This document shows, in pieces, positions 1-10,288 of a stretch of DNA of 64,000 bases. The notes under the pieces were generated by a model. That model ran no database searches. It was given only the letters and a program-made list of their open reading frames with translations, and was not told the DNA's origin. This stretch comes from Nostoc sp. (GTDB taxonomy: Bacteria > Cyanobacteriota > Cyanobacteriia > Cyanobacteriales > Nostocaceae), in NCBI GenBank assembly GCA_036918135.1, contig JBALDB010000007.1, positions 256,001 to 320,000 on the forward strand, written 5' to 3'. Position 1 is the first letter of the stretch. The number at the start of each line of letters is the position of its first letter. The position numbers and the translations under genes are program-made.

Positions 1-751
1 TTTATCTGTATCTATAACCCACAACCTAATTGTGATAATTGTAGTAGCTTATGAGGGAGAAGTACCAGAATTGGAAACTGACCTTTCTAACGTTCAAGCG
101 TTAAAGGAAGGTTTAAAATACTTAATCAATTTCGACTACAAACATAAATTCAGGGCAATTCAAGTACATTTCTCGCCAGCACAGTTAGGCGATGAACTCA
201 CTAACGATCAGTTATTGCAATATTATCCGGAATTAGTTTCTCTTCAGACTACTAAATCTGAATCTACATTATCTAAGCCATCTCCTCAAGCTATTAATGA
301 AGCTATCGAAGTTTTCTTCTCCTATGCCCCTGAAGACGAAGCTTTGCTGGAAGAACTAGTTAAGCATCTTTCAATTTTACAACGCCAGCAAGTAATTAAC
401 GCTTGGTACGATCGCCAAATCAGTCCAGGAGCAGAAACGAATGCTGAGATTGATGAACACTTCAATACAGCTCGGATAATTTTGCTGCTGATTAGTGCTG
501 ATTTTTTACGTTCTGATGATTGCTATAGTACTATTGAACGGGCAATGAAACGTCACAAAACCGATGATGCCCGTGTTATTCCTGTAATTCTCCGACCAGT
601 TGATTATAAAGGCGCAGCATTTACCAACCTCCAACCTCTGCCTGTAGATGGTAAGCCTGTTACCCAATGGACAAATCTTGATGCAGCCTTTGCTAATGTG
701 GCTACAGGCATCCGAAAAGTAGTCGAGGAATTAGCCTCAAAAAATTCATAG
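1..751 (+). CDS. 5'-truncated protein with DUF1517-like C-terminal segment fused to a TIR domain
   Basis: Frame is open from position 2, so the gene starts outside the window. TIR_2-type motifs VFFSYAPEDE..AWYDRQISPG..IILLLISADFL..VIPVILRPVD. The preceding segment AIQVHFSPAQLGDELTNDQLLQYYPEL resembles the DUF1517 C-terminus. Confidence 0.8.
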   Translation, partial: LSVSITHNLIVIIVVAYEGEVPELETDLSNVQALKEGLKYLINFDYKHKFRAIQVHFSPAQLGDELTNDQLLQYYPELVSLQTTKSESTLSKPSPQAINEAIEVFFSYAPEDEALLEELVKHLSILQRQQVINAWYDRQISPGAETNAEIDEHFNTARIILLLISADFLRSDDCYSTIERAMKRHKTDDARVIPVILRPVDYKGAAFTNLQPLPVDGKPVTQWTNLDAAFANVATGIRKVVEELASKNS

Positions 752-1356
752 AAGGTTCGCGGTTAGATGTTAACGATACGCCTACCTAAAAGCAATATTT
801 TGCAATCTGCTGTATAAGCTCAGATACACACCTACATATTTTAATTTAGCAAATCAGGGCAAAATCCACGTTCCTAAAGATAATTTATTTAGGAATAAAT
901 ATTTAATAAAAAGTCTGTGCTAATAATAGCTTTAACAACTGAAAGTTTAGTCAAAATTAATACAAATAATTAAGTAAAATTATTGAAAAAGTTTGTGGCG
1001 ATCGCTAACACTTTTTTCCTAACAAATACATCTTTTTCATTATCAGTAGTTGTAGAAAAAATCAAAAACAAGACCCAACCAAAGATATCAATGGTACTTG
1101 CTCAATCAGGAGAACGATTTTGAGGAAACAAGTAGGCGATCGCAGCGTAACCAGATATAGTGAGTAAACTAACCAAAAAACCAGCCAGAACAAAATTAGG
1201 CATACAATCAAAAATACAAAATCAGCGTTATCTTCTATACAATATCTAAATCTCGCGTCTTCAAAAATCAAGATTTTAGATACTTCCAACCTAGCAATCA
1301 GGTATGACATAGCCGTGACTAGCTGATGTCAATTTCTTGTATTTCATGTGTTTGAC

Positions 1357-2454
1357 TCAAGCTAAAGGCAGAAAAAAACGAAACGTACTACCAATTCCCA
1401 ACTCGCTTTCTACTTGAATCTGACCGCCTTGTAATTCAATCAAACGCCGGGAAATCGTTAAGCCAATACCAGTACCTCCGGAATGGCGATCGCGCGATTG
1501 GTCAGCTCGCCAGAAGCGCTCAAACACATGGGGCAAATTTTCTCTTTCGATACCAATACCTGTATCTCTAACCGCAATCCAAAGTTTAGATGCTTCAATC
1601 TCAACACGAATAGTAATTGAGCCTTCGTTGGTGTAACGCACTGCATTACCAAGCAGATTAACCAACACCTGTTCTGTGCGATCGATATCTGCCAATACAG
1701 GAGGCAGTACAGAGGGACATTCCAAGTACAGAACTGGCCCATCTTCCAACAACTGGTCAGTAAATTTCTCTACTAAGGACTCTAACAACGGACGCAAATT
1801 TATCCGCTGTATATTAATTGGCAGATAACCAGCTTCCGCCTTCGACAGTTCTTGTAAATCATTCACCAACCGCTCTAAGCGCCTAGTTTCTTTCGCTAAA
1901 CGTCGATAAATTTCTGGAGACGCTTCAATTTCCCCATCAGCCAGTTCTTCCAAATAACCGCGCACAACTGTTAACGGTGTCCGTAGTTCATGGGTCATGT
2001 CTCCAATCACTTCTCGTCGTCGCACTTCCACCCCTTCTAAACTAGCTGCCATCCGGTTGAAACTAGCACCTAATCCATTAAGTTCTGGAATATCAGACAT
2101 AGGTAATCGTGCATCCATCTGACCAGCAGCAAATTTTTGGGTGATTTGTTCCATCTCGGTCAACCGCCGCATAATCCTTCTAGACACCCAGTAACTCAAT
2201 CCTCCAGCAGCTGTACTACCGACTAAAACTGACCAAACGGTGCTTCGCTGCCAAGCAATTTCAAATCCTGCTACCAATTCAGTACGGACATCAATTAAAT
2301 CAAACCCCTGATTTTCCAGTCGTTCCAAATGCAAGACAAACAATCGAGGGGAAGAAATTCTGCTGATAATGACTAGACTAGCTACTCCCACTATCATTAC
2401 TACTAAGTGAGAAAAAAATAGTCGTCCTCTCAGCCCCATCTTCATAACACTCAC
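1357..2454 (-). CDS. HAMP-domain sensor histidine kinase
   Basis: Two hydrophobic segments, HAMP, H-box THELRTPL, N-box NLLGNA, G-boxes DTGIGI and GTGIGL. Confidence 0.93.
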   Translation of the reverse strand: MSVMKMGLRGRLFFSHLVVMIVGVASLVIISRISSPRLFVLHLERLENQGFDLIDVRTELVAGFEIAWQRSTVWSVLVGSTAAGGLSYWVSRRIMRRLTEMEQITQKFAAGQMDARLPMSDIPELNGLGASFNRMAASLEGVEVRRREVIGDMTHELRTPLTVVRGYLEELADGEIEASPEIYRRLAKETRRLERLVNDLQELSKAEAGYLPINIQRINLRPLLESLVEKFTDQLLEDGPVLYLECPSVLPPVLADIDRTEQVLVNLLGNAVRYTNEGSITIRVEIEASKLWIAVRDTGIGIERENLPHVFERFWRADQSRDRHSGGTGIGLTISRRLIELQGGQIQVESELGIGSTFRFFLPLA

Positions 2455-2542
2455 CCTCGCCTCACTGGAAGTAAAAAGTTAAAAGGAAAAACAAAGAAAA
2501 ATCCAGATTTCTTTTTACTTAGTTATTTTTACTTTTTACTTG

Positions 2543-3253
2543 TTAACCCATCGCCGAGTCTTCAAACTTATAGCCAACCCCTACAACAGTTTTAATAAAA
2601 GTGGGATTTGCCGGATCGGGTTCAATCTTTTTTCGCAACCGAGCTACATGAGTATCCACCACACGTTCATCACCAAAAAAGTTATCTCCCCAAAGTTTGT
2701 CAATTAGTTGGGTACGATTCCAAACTCGACCGGGATTACTGACAAAGGTGGTCAGCAAATTAAATTCTAGAGTAGTTAAATCCAGAATTTCTGGTTGCTG
2801 AGAATTCATCTGCCGACTAGCAGTGCGCTGATCTACATCTACTATAAAGTGTTGGGTACGACTGACTTGGTGTTGTCCCCCTTGACGGAGACTACGCCGC
2901 AATAGCGCCCGTACCCTGGCTACTAACTCTCTGGGGCTAAAGGGCTTTACCATGTAATCGTCAGCACCAGTAGACAAACCAATCACGCGATCGATTTCTT
3001 CGCCTTTAGCGGTGAGCATCAAAATATAAGGATCTTTTGCACCTGGTTTTTGGCGAATTCTGGCACAAACTTCCAGCCCATCCAAACCAGGAATCATTAA
3101 ATCTAGAATGATTAGATCGGGTGTTTGCTCTTGAAACATCCGTAAAGCATTGATGCCATCACGACTAATACGGCAGAAAAATCCTTCTTTTTCTAAAGAG
3201 AGTTGGATTAAATGAGCAATTTCTGCTTCATCTTCAACTATTAAAATATCCAT
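2543..3253 (-). CDS. OmpR-family response regulator
   Basis: REC (ILIVEDE, DLIILD, KPF) plus winged helix (VVDTHVARLRKKIE..TVVGVGYKF); directly upstream of the kinase. Confidence 0.95.
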   Translation of the reverse strand: MDILIVEDEAEIAHLIQLSLEKEGFFCRISRDGINALRMFQEQTPDLIILDLMIPGLDGLEVCARIRQKPGAKDPYILMLTAKGEEIDRVIGLSTGADDYMVKPFSPRELVARVRALLRRSLRQGGQHQVSRTQHFIVDVDQRTASRQMNSQQPEILDLTTLEFNLLTTFVSNPGRVWNRTQLIDKLWGDNFFGDERVVDTHVARLRKKIEPDPANPTFIKTVVGVGYKFEDSAMG

Positions 3254-3412
3254 CTAAATTAGCATCGAATGAAATACGCAGATTTAATCAGACAGCCAGA
3301 CAAAGGCAAAGACCTGTCGCAAGTTGTCTTTTTGTCCTCCGAAGTTTGGAGCAAAAAAAGCCTTTGCTCCAACTTCTGTTTTTGTCTGGGCTACTCCCCA
3401 CATCTTCTTACT

Positions 3413-4108
3413 TTAAAAGTTTGAATTTGTCGGGGTTCGGTAACTATAACCAAGATTAGAATCTTTTTGAATGTATGTTTTAATACTATCTAGGTCAATA
3501 AAGCAGTCAGCAACATCAATTAAGCTTTCGCTAGTCGTCGTTTGTAGACTAACGACTTCCACCCTAACTCCCATTCTGCTGACTGCGTTCACAGCATAAG
3601 CTAAATCTCCATCTCCACTAACTAATACCGCAGTATCATAGTAAGGAGCTAGAGTGATCATATCTACAGCAATTTCTACGTTCAGATTTGATTTTTTAAA
3701 ATTATCTGCTGAAACAACCAGATCTTTTGCGACTACACGATAGCCATTACGACGCATCCACAGTAGAAAACCCTGTTGCTTCTCATTTGTGAGATCGACC
3801 CCAGTATAGAAAAAAGCACGTAAAAGTCTCGAACCGTTAGTTAAATGACAAAGTAATTTAACGTAGTCAATTTCTATGCCGAGTTGTAAAGCTGTATGAA
3901 ATAGGCTTAAGCCATCAATAAAAATAGCAACTCGACCGCGATTCAAGGTATTAAAAATGGAACTATCAGGTGCAGTATCTCGCATCTTAGTATCTTTACC
4001 TTTGATAGCAGTATCGCTCAAGTTTTGCCCTTGCCAGTGTGGTTTAGCTTTGAGTATTTTAGGTTCATTTAATTCATTTCTTTGTTTGCTAAAATTAGTT
4101 ATAATCAT
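3413..4108 (-). CDS. NYN domain (LabA/DUF88 family) protein
   Basis: VAIFIDG, EIAVDM and AVLVSGDGDL motifs. Confidence 0.88.
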   Translation of the reverse strand: MIITNFSKQRNELNEPKILKAKPHWQGQNLSDTAIKGKDTKMRDTAPDSSIFNTLNRGRVAIFIDGLSLFHTALQLGIEIDYVKLLCHLTNGSRLLRAFFYTGVDLTNEKQQGFLLWMRRNGYRVVAKDLVVSADNFKKSNLNVEIAVDMITLAPYYDTAVLVSGDGDLAYAVNAVSRMGVRVEVVSLQTTTSESLIDVADCFIDLDSIKTYIQKDSNLGYSYRTPTNSNF

Positions 4109-4716
4109 TGATACCTCTGAATTTAAAATCTGAAAAGGGTTTTAGGTAAATTGTATATAGTATAGTCTCTGCTGATTTATAACCCTAGCAGGAAATTGAC
4201 TGAAGTAACTAGATCCAAATAAAGTTAACCGCTCCTGAATAAAGTCGAAAGTACTTTGAGCGCAAGTTTTTCACTAGCTCAGGGTAGATTGAATGAGATA
4301 TTACCTGTGCCCACAGATATGCTAGTATTTACCCACTGTAACTGCAAGAGTTAAAATAGAAATAGCTTCCCATAAGGTTATAAGCCCGAATAAGGGTAGT
4401 TGAGTGCGATTTATCTTTTTTATTTTACCTCTGTATTTTAATGACCTACAGTCTGGAACTTAATGAATTTTTATTCAATAAAGGTTGGCTCAAGCTGAGT
4501 ATGCCCAAATTTGAACAGAGTTTCAGTAAAAATAATGTAATGTGCGATCGCCTGCAAAATAAAAGTTAGAGCGAGCTATTTACCTAATCTTTAATACAAC
4601 TTTTATTAAAATTCATCTTCCTCAAAGAGTTATCAGTAGTTAGTACTATAAAACACTAACAACTGATAACTCCAAATCCAATCTTCCGACTTATTTAATA
4701 AGTCAGAAAGCCAACA

Positions 4717-5796
4717 TTAGCGTTGAGCTAACTTTTTGTTCGATGTGTAGTAAACCTTACTACCAGTATCGGGTACAAAATGGCAGTTCACGCATGAATT
4801 CCATAATGATTTCCAAATTGGTTCCTCTGATTTATGGAAATACTCACCCATTACTGGTTTTATCGCCTCAGTCGCCTTCAGTAAATTGTAGTGGGGGATG
4901 TTAAGGAATATGTGGTGAGCAACATGAGTACCAATATCATGATGGATATGATTAATCAAACCATAATCACGGTCAACACTCGAAATCGCACCTTTTAAAA
5001 AAGTCCAATCTTCTCCACGATACCAAGGAATATCTGGTTCAGTGTGGTGCAAGAATGTGACTAAATCGAGCCAAATTACGAACACAATGTAAGGTGCAGC
5101 GTAATACTTCAGTAACCACATCCAACCCCATAGATAGGTCAGGAAGGCCAGCAAACCTACCATACCAATCCAAAGAACAGTACTAGTAATTACATCCAAT
5201 TTTTCTGATGGTTTAAACAGTGGGCTACTGGGTAAAAAGTGAGAACCTTGCTTATTAGGAGAACGCTGAAATAAATACACAGGATAAGCCAATAGAAAAG
5301 CATAATATCGACCTATCTTTTGTACTAGTGGCATCTCCTTATACTGTGATTCACTTACAGGATACCAGCTTTCGTCATTATCGATATTACCAGTATTTTT
5401 GTGATGAGTTCTATGACTGATTCGCCAACCATGATAAGGAACAAGTATGGGAGTGTGAGCAAGATGTCCAATCAAATCATTCAACCATTTCTGCTTAGAA
5501 AAAGATTGGTGTCCGCAGTCGTGTCCGACTACAAACAAAGCCCAAAACATCGTTCCTTGCATTAACCAGAAAATTGGAAAGAAAAACCAAGAATCCAGCT
5601 GATAAGCAACTGCATAGAGCAAACCAATAATCAGGATGTCACGAAAGAAGTAAAAAAGTGATTTTGTCACATTTGGCTGAAAACATTCAGCAGGGATTGC
5701 AGCTTTTAAATCCTGAAGAGTAAAAGGCAGTTTGGTAGTATGCCCAGATGATTCACAACTGTGAGGAGCGTTGAGTGTGATGATATTTGATTGCAC
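4717..5796 (-). CDS. desB: omega-3 (delta-15) acyl-lipid desaturase
   Basis: His boxes HDCGH, HRTHH, HVAHH; GTMFWALFVVGHDCGH omega-3 signature. Confidence 0.93.
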   Translation of the reverse strand: MQSNIITLNAPHSCESSGHTTKLPFTLQDLKAAIPAECFQPNVTKSLFYFFRDILIIGLLYAVAYQLDSWFFFPIFWLMQGTMFWALFVVGHDCGHQSFSKQKWLNDLIGHLAHTPILVPYHGWRISHRTHHKNTGNIDNDESWYPVSESQYKEMPLVQKIGRYYAFLLAYPVYLFQRSPNKQGSHFLPSSPLFKPSEKLDVITSTVLWIGMVGLLAFLTYLWGWMWLLKYYAAPYIVFVIWLDLVTFLHHTEPDIPWYRGEDWTFLKGAISSVDRDYGLINHIHHDIGTHVAHHIFLNIPHYNLLKATEAIKPVMGEYFHKSEEPIWKSLWNSCVNCHFVPDTGSKVYYTSNKKLAQR

Positions 5797-6060
5797 TAGA
5801 TTCTTTATGTTGTAGAAATCGGAAGTTTATTTAAGGCAAGATCGTCTTACCAAGCAAGGCAAAAGAAACATCAAGTCAATACTTCTTTTGATTTCACTAG
5901 TATGCCCACGATACTACTTCTCTTAACATCTAAGAGAATAATTTATCGCAATTTACCTAACAATTTTAGTGAGTCAAGAATTGCCAGATTTTATTTAAAC
6001 ACGCACAAAGATAAACGCTCTCGTTGGTTTTAAGAGCGTCAATCAAGTTAGAAACCTTGT

Positions 6061-7113
6061 TTATCGTTCTGCGTAATATTCGTTAAAAGTCTGATAACCG
6101 ACATCGGTTTTGTAAAGTTGACATTGGTCTGTAATTTGTTTCATTAAAGACCAAGAAAACTGACATTCATCATGCAAATAAGGCTGCCAATTTTCTTTGA
6201 TGCTGCTATAAGCTAGCCGCAAATTATAAGAAGGAATAGCGGTGGAAATATGATGAGGGACATGAACATTGATATCGTGGCAGAGAATTTCTACCCAACG
6301 GGGATAATCGCAATGAACAGTACCAAATAACTGAGCTAGAGCCTCATTCCACTTGTTTGCTGCAACAAAAGGAACATCTGAAGCAGTATGGTGAACGATG
6401 GTAAAAGTACTCATCCAAAAGTGGTACACCAGCCAAGGCACTAGCCAAAACTTGACAAATCCCCAGATACCTGTAGTGGCGATTAGGAGCGGGAAAGCGA
6501 TCGCAGCAAACAATACTACCACAGCTACAGAAAGCTTGACACTCGATTGGTCTTTGGTTTTGAAATTCCGCCAATCAAAATGCACAACTGCCCAATGTCC
6601 AATGGAACCTACCCACCAGAAGCGTTTGCGAATGAACAACTCAAAAGCAGACTGTTGAATTTTATCCCAACTTTCAAACACTTCTGGGCTGATTGGATGC
6701 CAAGCATTGTCCTCATCGATTTTGTTGGTATGAGTATGGTGATAATTATGCTTAATCCGCCAACTGTGAAAAGGATAAATTAACGGCATCATAAAAAAGT
6801 GCCCGACCAAATCATTTACCCAACGACGTTTGGCAAATGATCTATGACCACAATCATGGCCGATTACAAAAAAACCTGTTAAAGCAGTACCGGTAAAAAT
6901 CCAAGCTAGAGGTAAAAGAAACCAAGGAGTGACACTCAGACTGTAGTAGCCCAAAGCAACTGCCAATACACTGAGTATTACTTGTGTCCAAGCCTTACGA
7001 CGGCTTTGCACAAAACATTCCCGTGGCAGGGTTTTGATAATATCTTTAAGCCTGAAGTCAGAATTCGCAGGCTCGTCACTTAGTTTCTGGCTCTTAATTA
7101 TTGATGTAGTCAT
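6061..7113 (-). CDS. desA: delta-12 acyl-lipid desaturase
   Basis: His boxes HDCGH, HNYHH, HVPHH. Start placed at ATG 7113 (MTTSIIK) rather than the longer ORF start. Confidence 0.92.
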   Translation of the reverse strand: MTTSIIKSQKLSDEPANSDFRLKDIIKTLPRECFVQSRRKAWTQVILSVLAVALGYYSLSVTPWFLLPLAWIFTGTALTGFFVIGHDCGHRSFAKRRWVNDLVGHFFMMPLIYPFHSWRIKHNYHHTHTNKIDEDNAWHPISPEVFESWDKIQQSAFELFIRKRFWWVGSIGHWAVVHFDWRNFKTKDQSSVKLSVAVVVLFAAIAFPLLIATTGIWGFVKFWLVPWLVYHFWMSTFTIVHHTASDVPFVAANKWNEALAQLFGTVHCDYPRWVEILCHDINVHVPHHISTAIPSYNLRLAYSSIKENWQPYLHDECQFSWSLMKQITDQCQLYKTDVGYQTFNEYYAER

Positions 7114-7332
7114 GAACACCTGAAATACAACAAACTCCTCCACCAAGTCATCAAAAATAACTTGCCGCAAAGTTGCTTAATATTAGCGTCTCGGATTATA
7201 GCAACCTAACCTATACAAGCGCACCCGTAAATAGCTTTTTAAAAAGTTAGGAGTTAGAAATGATAAGTTATGACTTAAAAAAGTAGACATCCTAACTCCT
7301 AACCGGAGCTTTTAAAGTCTCCAGCGAGGCTT

Positions 7333-8154
7333 CTAACTAATTTTCGTTGGAGCCAACTTCACATTAGTAGCCAGACCAAGTGCTTGTAGTAATTGGATTG
7401 TCATCCAAGTTAAATCAATTTCCCACCATTCCAGCCCATGACGAGCGGAATATTGAAAAGCATGGTGATTATTATGCCAGCCTTCACCGAAAACTAGTAC
7501 GGCTACCCACCAGCAGTTAGTTGAGCGATCGCCAGAATTATGGCTTTGATAGCCAAATTTATGAGTAGCACTGTTTACTAACCAAGTGCAATGATAAACC
7601 CAGACAATGCGAACAAAAATTCCCCAAACAACAAACGACCAGCCACCCAGAAGTAGCAGTACTAAACCCAGAGCAATCTGGATAAAGATAAAATATTTCT
7701 GTAAAAACTGATAAACTGGATCTCCTGCAATGTCTTTGGTAAAGCGAGGAATTTCAGCTTGAGCGGGTGATTGATAAATCAGCCAACCGATGTGGCTCCA
7801 CCAGAAGCCTTTGTTGGAATCATGGGGATCGGGTTCAGTATCTGAGTGCAAATGATGGATACGATGTGTCCCTATCCATTCGATTGGTCCTCCTTGACAG
7901 GCGAGTGTCCCGAAAAAGACCAAAACATACTCCAACCATTTAGGAGTCTGAAAACTGCGATGGGTAACAAGGCGGTGAAATCCTAAGGTAATTCCTAAAC
8001 CACCAGTCACCCAGTACAGAAAGAAAGCCACACCAACTGCTTTCCAGCTAAAGTTACTAGGAACAAAGGCAAATAAAGCACCGATGTGCAGACCAATGAA
8101 AAACAGGGTATTAACCCAGTTGATTTGAGGTTTAGTTAAGGTAGCGATTGTCAT
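7333..8154 (-). CDS. desC: delta-9 acyl-lipid desaturase
   Basis: HRLVTH, HRIHH and GEGWHNNHH boxes. Start at ATG 8154 (MTIATLTKPQINW) avoids overlap with the divergent gene. Confidence 0.93.
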   Translation of the reverse strand: MTIATLTKPQINWVNTLFFIGLHIGALFAFVPSNFSWKAVGVAFFLYWVTGGLGITLGFHRLVTHRSFQTPKWLEYVLVFFGTLACQGGPIEWIGTHRIHHLHSDTEPDPHDSNKGFWWSHIGWLIYQSPAQAEIPRFTKDIAGDPVYQFLQKYFIFIQIALGLVLLLLGGWSFVVWGIFVRIVWVYHCTWLVNSATHKFGYQSHNSGDRSTNCWWVAVLVFGEGWHNNHHAFQYSARHGLEWWEIDLTWMTIQLLQALGLATNVKLAPTKIS

Positions 8155-8239
8155 GCAGTAACCTGAATTGGAATTGTTTGGCCGAATCTGCGCGATCTGA
8201 AAATCCGCATATTTATAATTTTTTGTGAACGAGGAATTA

Positions 8240-9469
8240 ATGAACAGCTTGGAACAGCTGCGGCAAGCACAACACGCACTGTTAGAAATTTTTTCTGGTA
8301 TTGACACTCAGGTCAAGCATAATCTTAAAAGAGTGCTAGATGCGTTTCGTAATTACCGTGTAGGCGCACACCATTTTGCTGGTGTCAGCGGTTATGGTCA
8401 CGATGATTTAGGACGAGAAACTTTAGATAAAGTTTTTGCCGAAGTTATGGGTTCCGAAGCCGCAATCGTGCGAGTGCAGTTTGTTTCCGGAACTCATGCG
8501 ATCGCTTGTGCTTTGTTTGGTGTACTCCGTCCTGGAGACGAAATGTTAGCAGTAGTTGGCTCTCCTTACGATACGCTCGAAGAAGTCATTGGTTTACGGG
8601 GTGAAAGTCAAGGTTCCCTTATAGAGTTTGGCATAAAATACCGCCAATTAGAGCTAACACCCCAAGGAACTATAGATTGGCAAGCTTTAACTACTAGTGT
8701 GGCTGATAACACGCGTTTAGTCTTAATTCAACGCTCTTGTGGCTATTCTTGGCGTCCTAGTTTATCAATTGCCGATATTGAAAAAATTATTCGTGTAGTT
8801 AAACAGCAAAACCCCAACACCGTTTGCTTTGTGGATAACTGCTACGGCGAATTCATCGAAACCAGGGAACCCACAGCTGTAGGTGCTGATTTAATCGCAG
8901 GGTCATTGATTAAAAATCCTGGCGGTACGATTGTCAGCGCTGGTGGTTATGTCGCTGGTCGCGCCGACTTAGTGGAAGCTGCCGCCTGTCGCCTGACTGC
9001 TCCCGGTATCGGTAGTTATGGCGGTGCTACCTTTGACCAAAATCGCCTGTTGTTCCAAGGACTATTTCTGGCTCCACAGATGGTGGGAGAGGCGATGAAA
9101 GGGACGTACTTAACTGGTTATGTATTTGATAAACTTGGCTATCCAGTCAATCCCGCACCTCTAGCACCCCGTGGAGATGTGATTCAGGCAATTAAACTCG
9201 GTTCTGCCGAAAAGCTAATTGCCTTCTGTAAAGCCATACAACAACATTCTCCCATCGGTTCCTATCTCGACCCCGTTCCCGATGAAATGCCGGGGTACGA
9301 GAGCCAGGTAGTGATGGCTGGGGGGACGTTTATTGAGGGGAGTACCTTAGAATTATCGGCAGATGGGCCAATGCGTGAGCCGTATGTCGTTTATTGCCAA
9401 GGGGGGACTCATTGGACTCATGTGGCGATCGCATTGGAGGCGGCGATCGATGCAGTAGGGAGGGCTTGA
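8240..9469 (+). CDS. methionine gamma-lyase family / YnbB-like PLP enzyme
   Basis: FVSGTHAI, VDNCYGEF, GSLIKNPGG motifs; GAGG RBS before ATG 8240. Confidence 0.88.
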   Translation: MNSLEQLRQAQHALLEIFSGIDTQVKHNLKRVLDAFRNYRVGAHHFAGVSGYGHDDLGRETLDKVFAEVMGSEAAIVRVQFVSGTHAIACALFGVLRPGDEMLAVVGSPYDTLEEVIGLRGESQGSLIEFGIKYRQLELTPQGTIDWQALTTSVADNTRLVLIQRSCGYSWRPSLSIADIEKIIRVVKQQNPNTVCFVDNCYGEFIETREPTAVGADLIAGSLIKNPGGTIVSAGGYVAGRADLVEAAACRLTAPGIGSYGGATFDQNRLLFQGLFLAPQMVGEAMKGTYLTGYVFDKLGYPVNPAPLAPRGDVIQAIKLGSAEKLIAFCKAIQQHSPIGSYLDPVPDEMPGYESQVVMAGGTFIEGSTLELSADGPMREPYVVYCQGGTHWTHVAIALEAAIDAVGRA

Positions 9470-9488
9470 TGGAGATTATATAACTATA

Positions 9489-10112
9489 GTGCAAACAATA
9501 CAAGCGCGGGATATCAGTCTTTACGAACTAGAAGAAAAATTTGGCTTGCAATCGGTGAAAAATGATGATTTTTTCACAGAACTGACAGAAAATTTGCCGT
9601 CACTAAGTGATGGCGAAAAATTATCTTTAGAACGAGTAAAAAACAATTATTTCAACTTAACTAAACGCCGTCCAATGTCAGAAGAAGCAGTAAAGATGAT
9701 AGTGTTGTCTCCACTGCTTGATTTAGCTGGTTTTTATCAACCTCATTTTGAGATTGAAACAGAAACTTCAACTGAAATTTCTGCTGTAGATGAAAGCGTT
9801 ATCGTTAAAGGCAATATTGATGTTTTAGTCCTAAACAAAAGATTTTGGGTACTAGTTATTGAATCTAAAAGCACTAAATTTGATGTGATAACCGCACTAC
9901 CCCAAGCACTTGCTTATATGCTTGATGCTCGTAATATTGAACAACCAATTTTTGGGTTAATTGTTAACGGGAGAGAGTTTGTTTTTGTCAAGCTAGTTCA
10001 GCAATAAAAGCCAAAATATGCTCGTTCTTATGCATTATCAATTGAACGCGATGCAGAATTCCAGCAGGTACTAAGTGTCTTGAAACACATTGGTCAATTA
10101 ATTGTGTTGTAG
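9489..10112 (+). pseudogene. HsdR-N-like PD-(D/E)XK nuclease-fold gene with probable in-frame nonsense codon at 10005-10007
   Basis: IDVLV..VIESK..ALPQALAYM motif. After the TAA the same frame continues KPKYARSYALSIERDAEFQQVLSVLKHIGQLIVL to TAG 10112. Confidence 0.65.
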
Positions 10113-10126
10113 TCATAATTCAGAAT

Positions 10127-10201
10127 ACTCTATCCATAAAGAGATAGAGTTTTACACTTATTAGAGCAGAAAGCCCATCGGCTTCTAGCCGTGGGATGAA
10201 T
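10127..10201. mobile_element. IS200/IS605-type end hairpins (non-autonomous remnant)
   Basis: Hairpins actctatc-N8-gatagagt and aagcccatcggct-tct-agccgtgggatgaat; the second resembles IS605-family ends. No transposase nearby. Confidence 0.5.
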
Positions 10202-10288
10202 GAGTATAAATTTTCTTACTGTCAGACCTTTTTAAATTTTGGATCTTCAATCTTCAATCGAAAATTTAAAATCTAAAATTCGGTCATA

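Noticed and set aside
1062..1310. 82-aa hydrophobic ORF
   Set aside because: AT-rich, no recognisable motif or RBS; could be real but is unsupported.
4717..8154. desC-desA-desB cluster as a novelty
   Set aside because: This clustering is already known in Nostoc/Anabaena.
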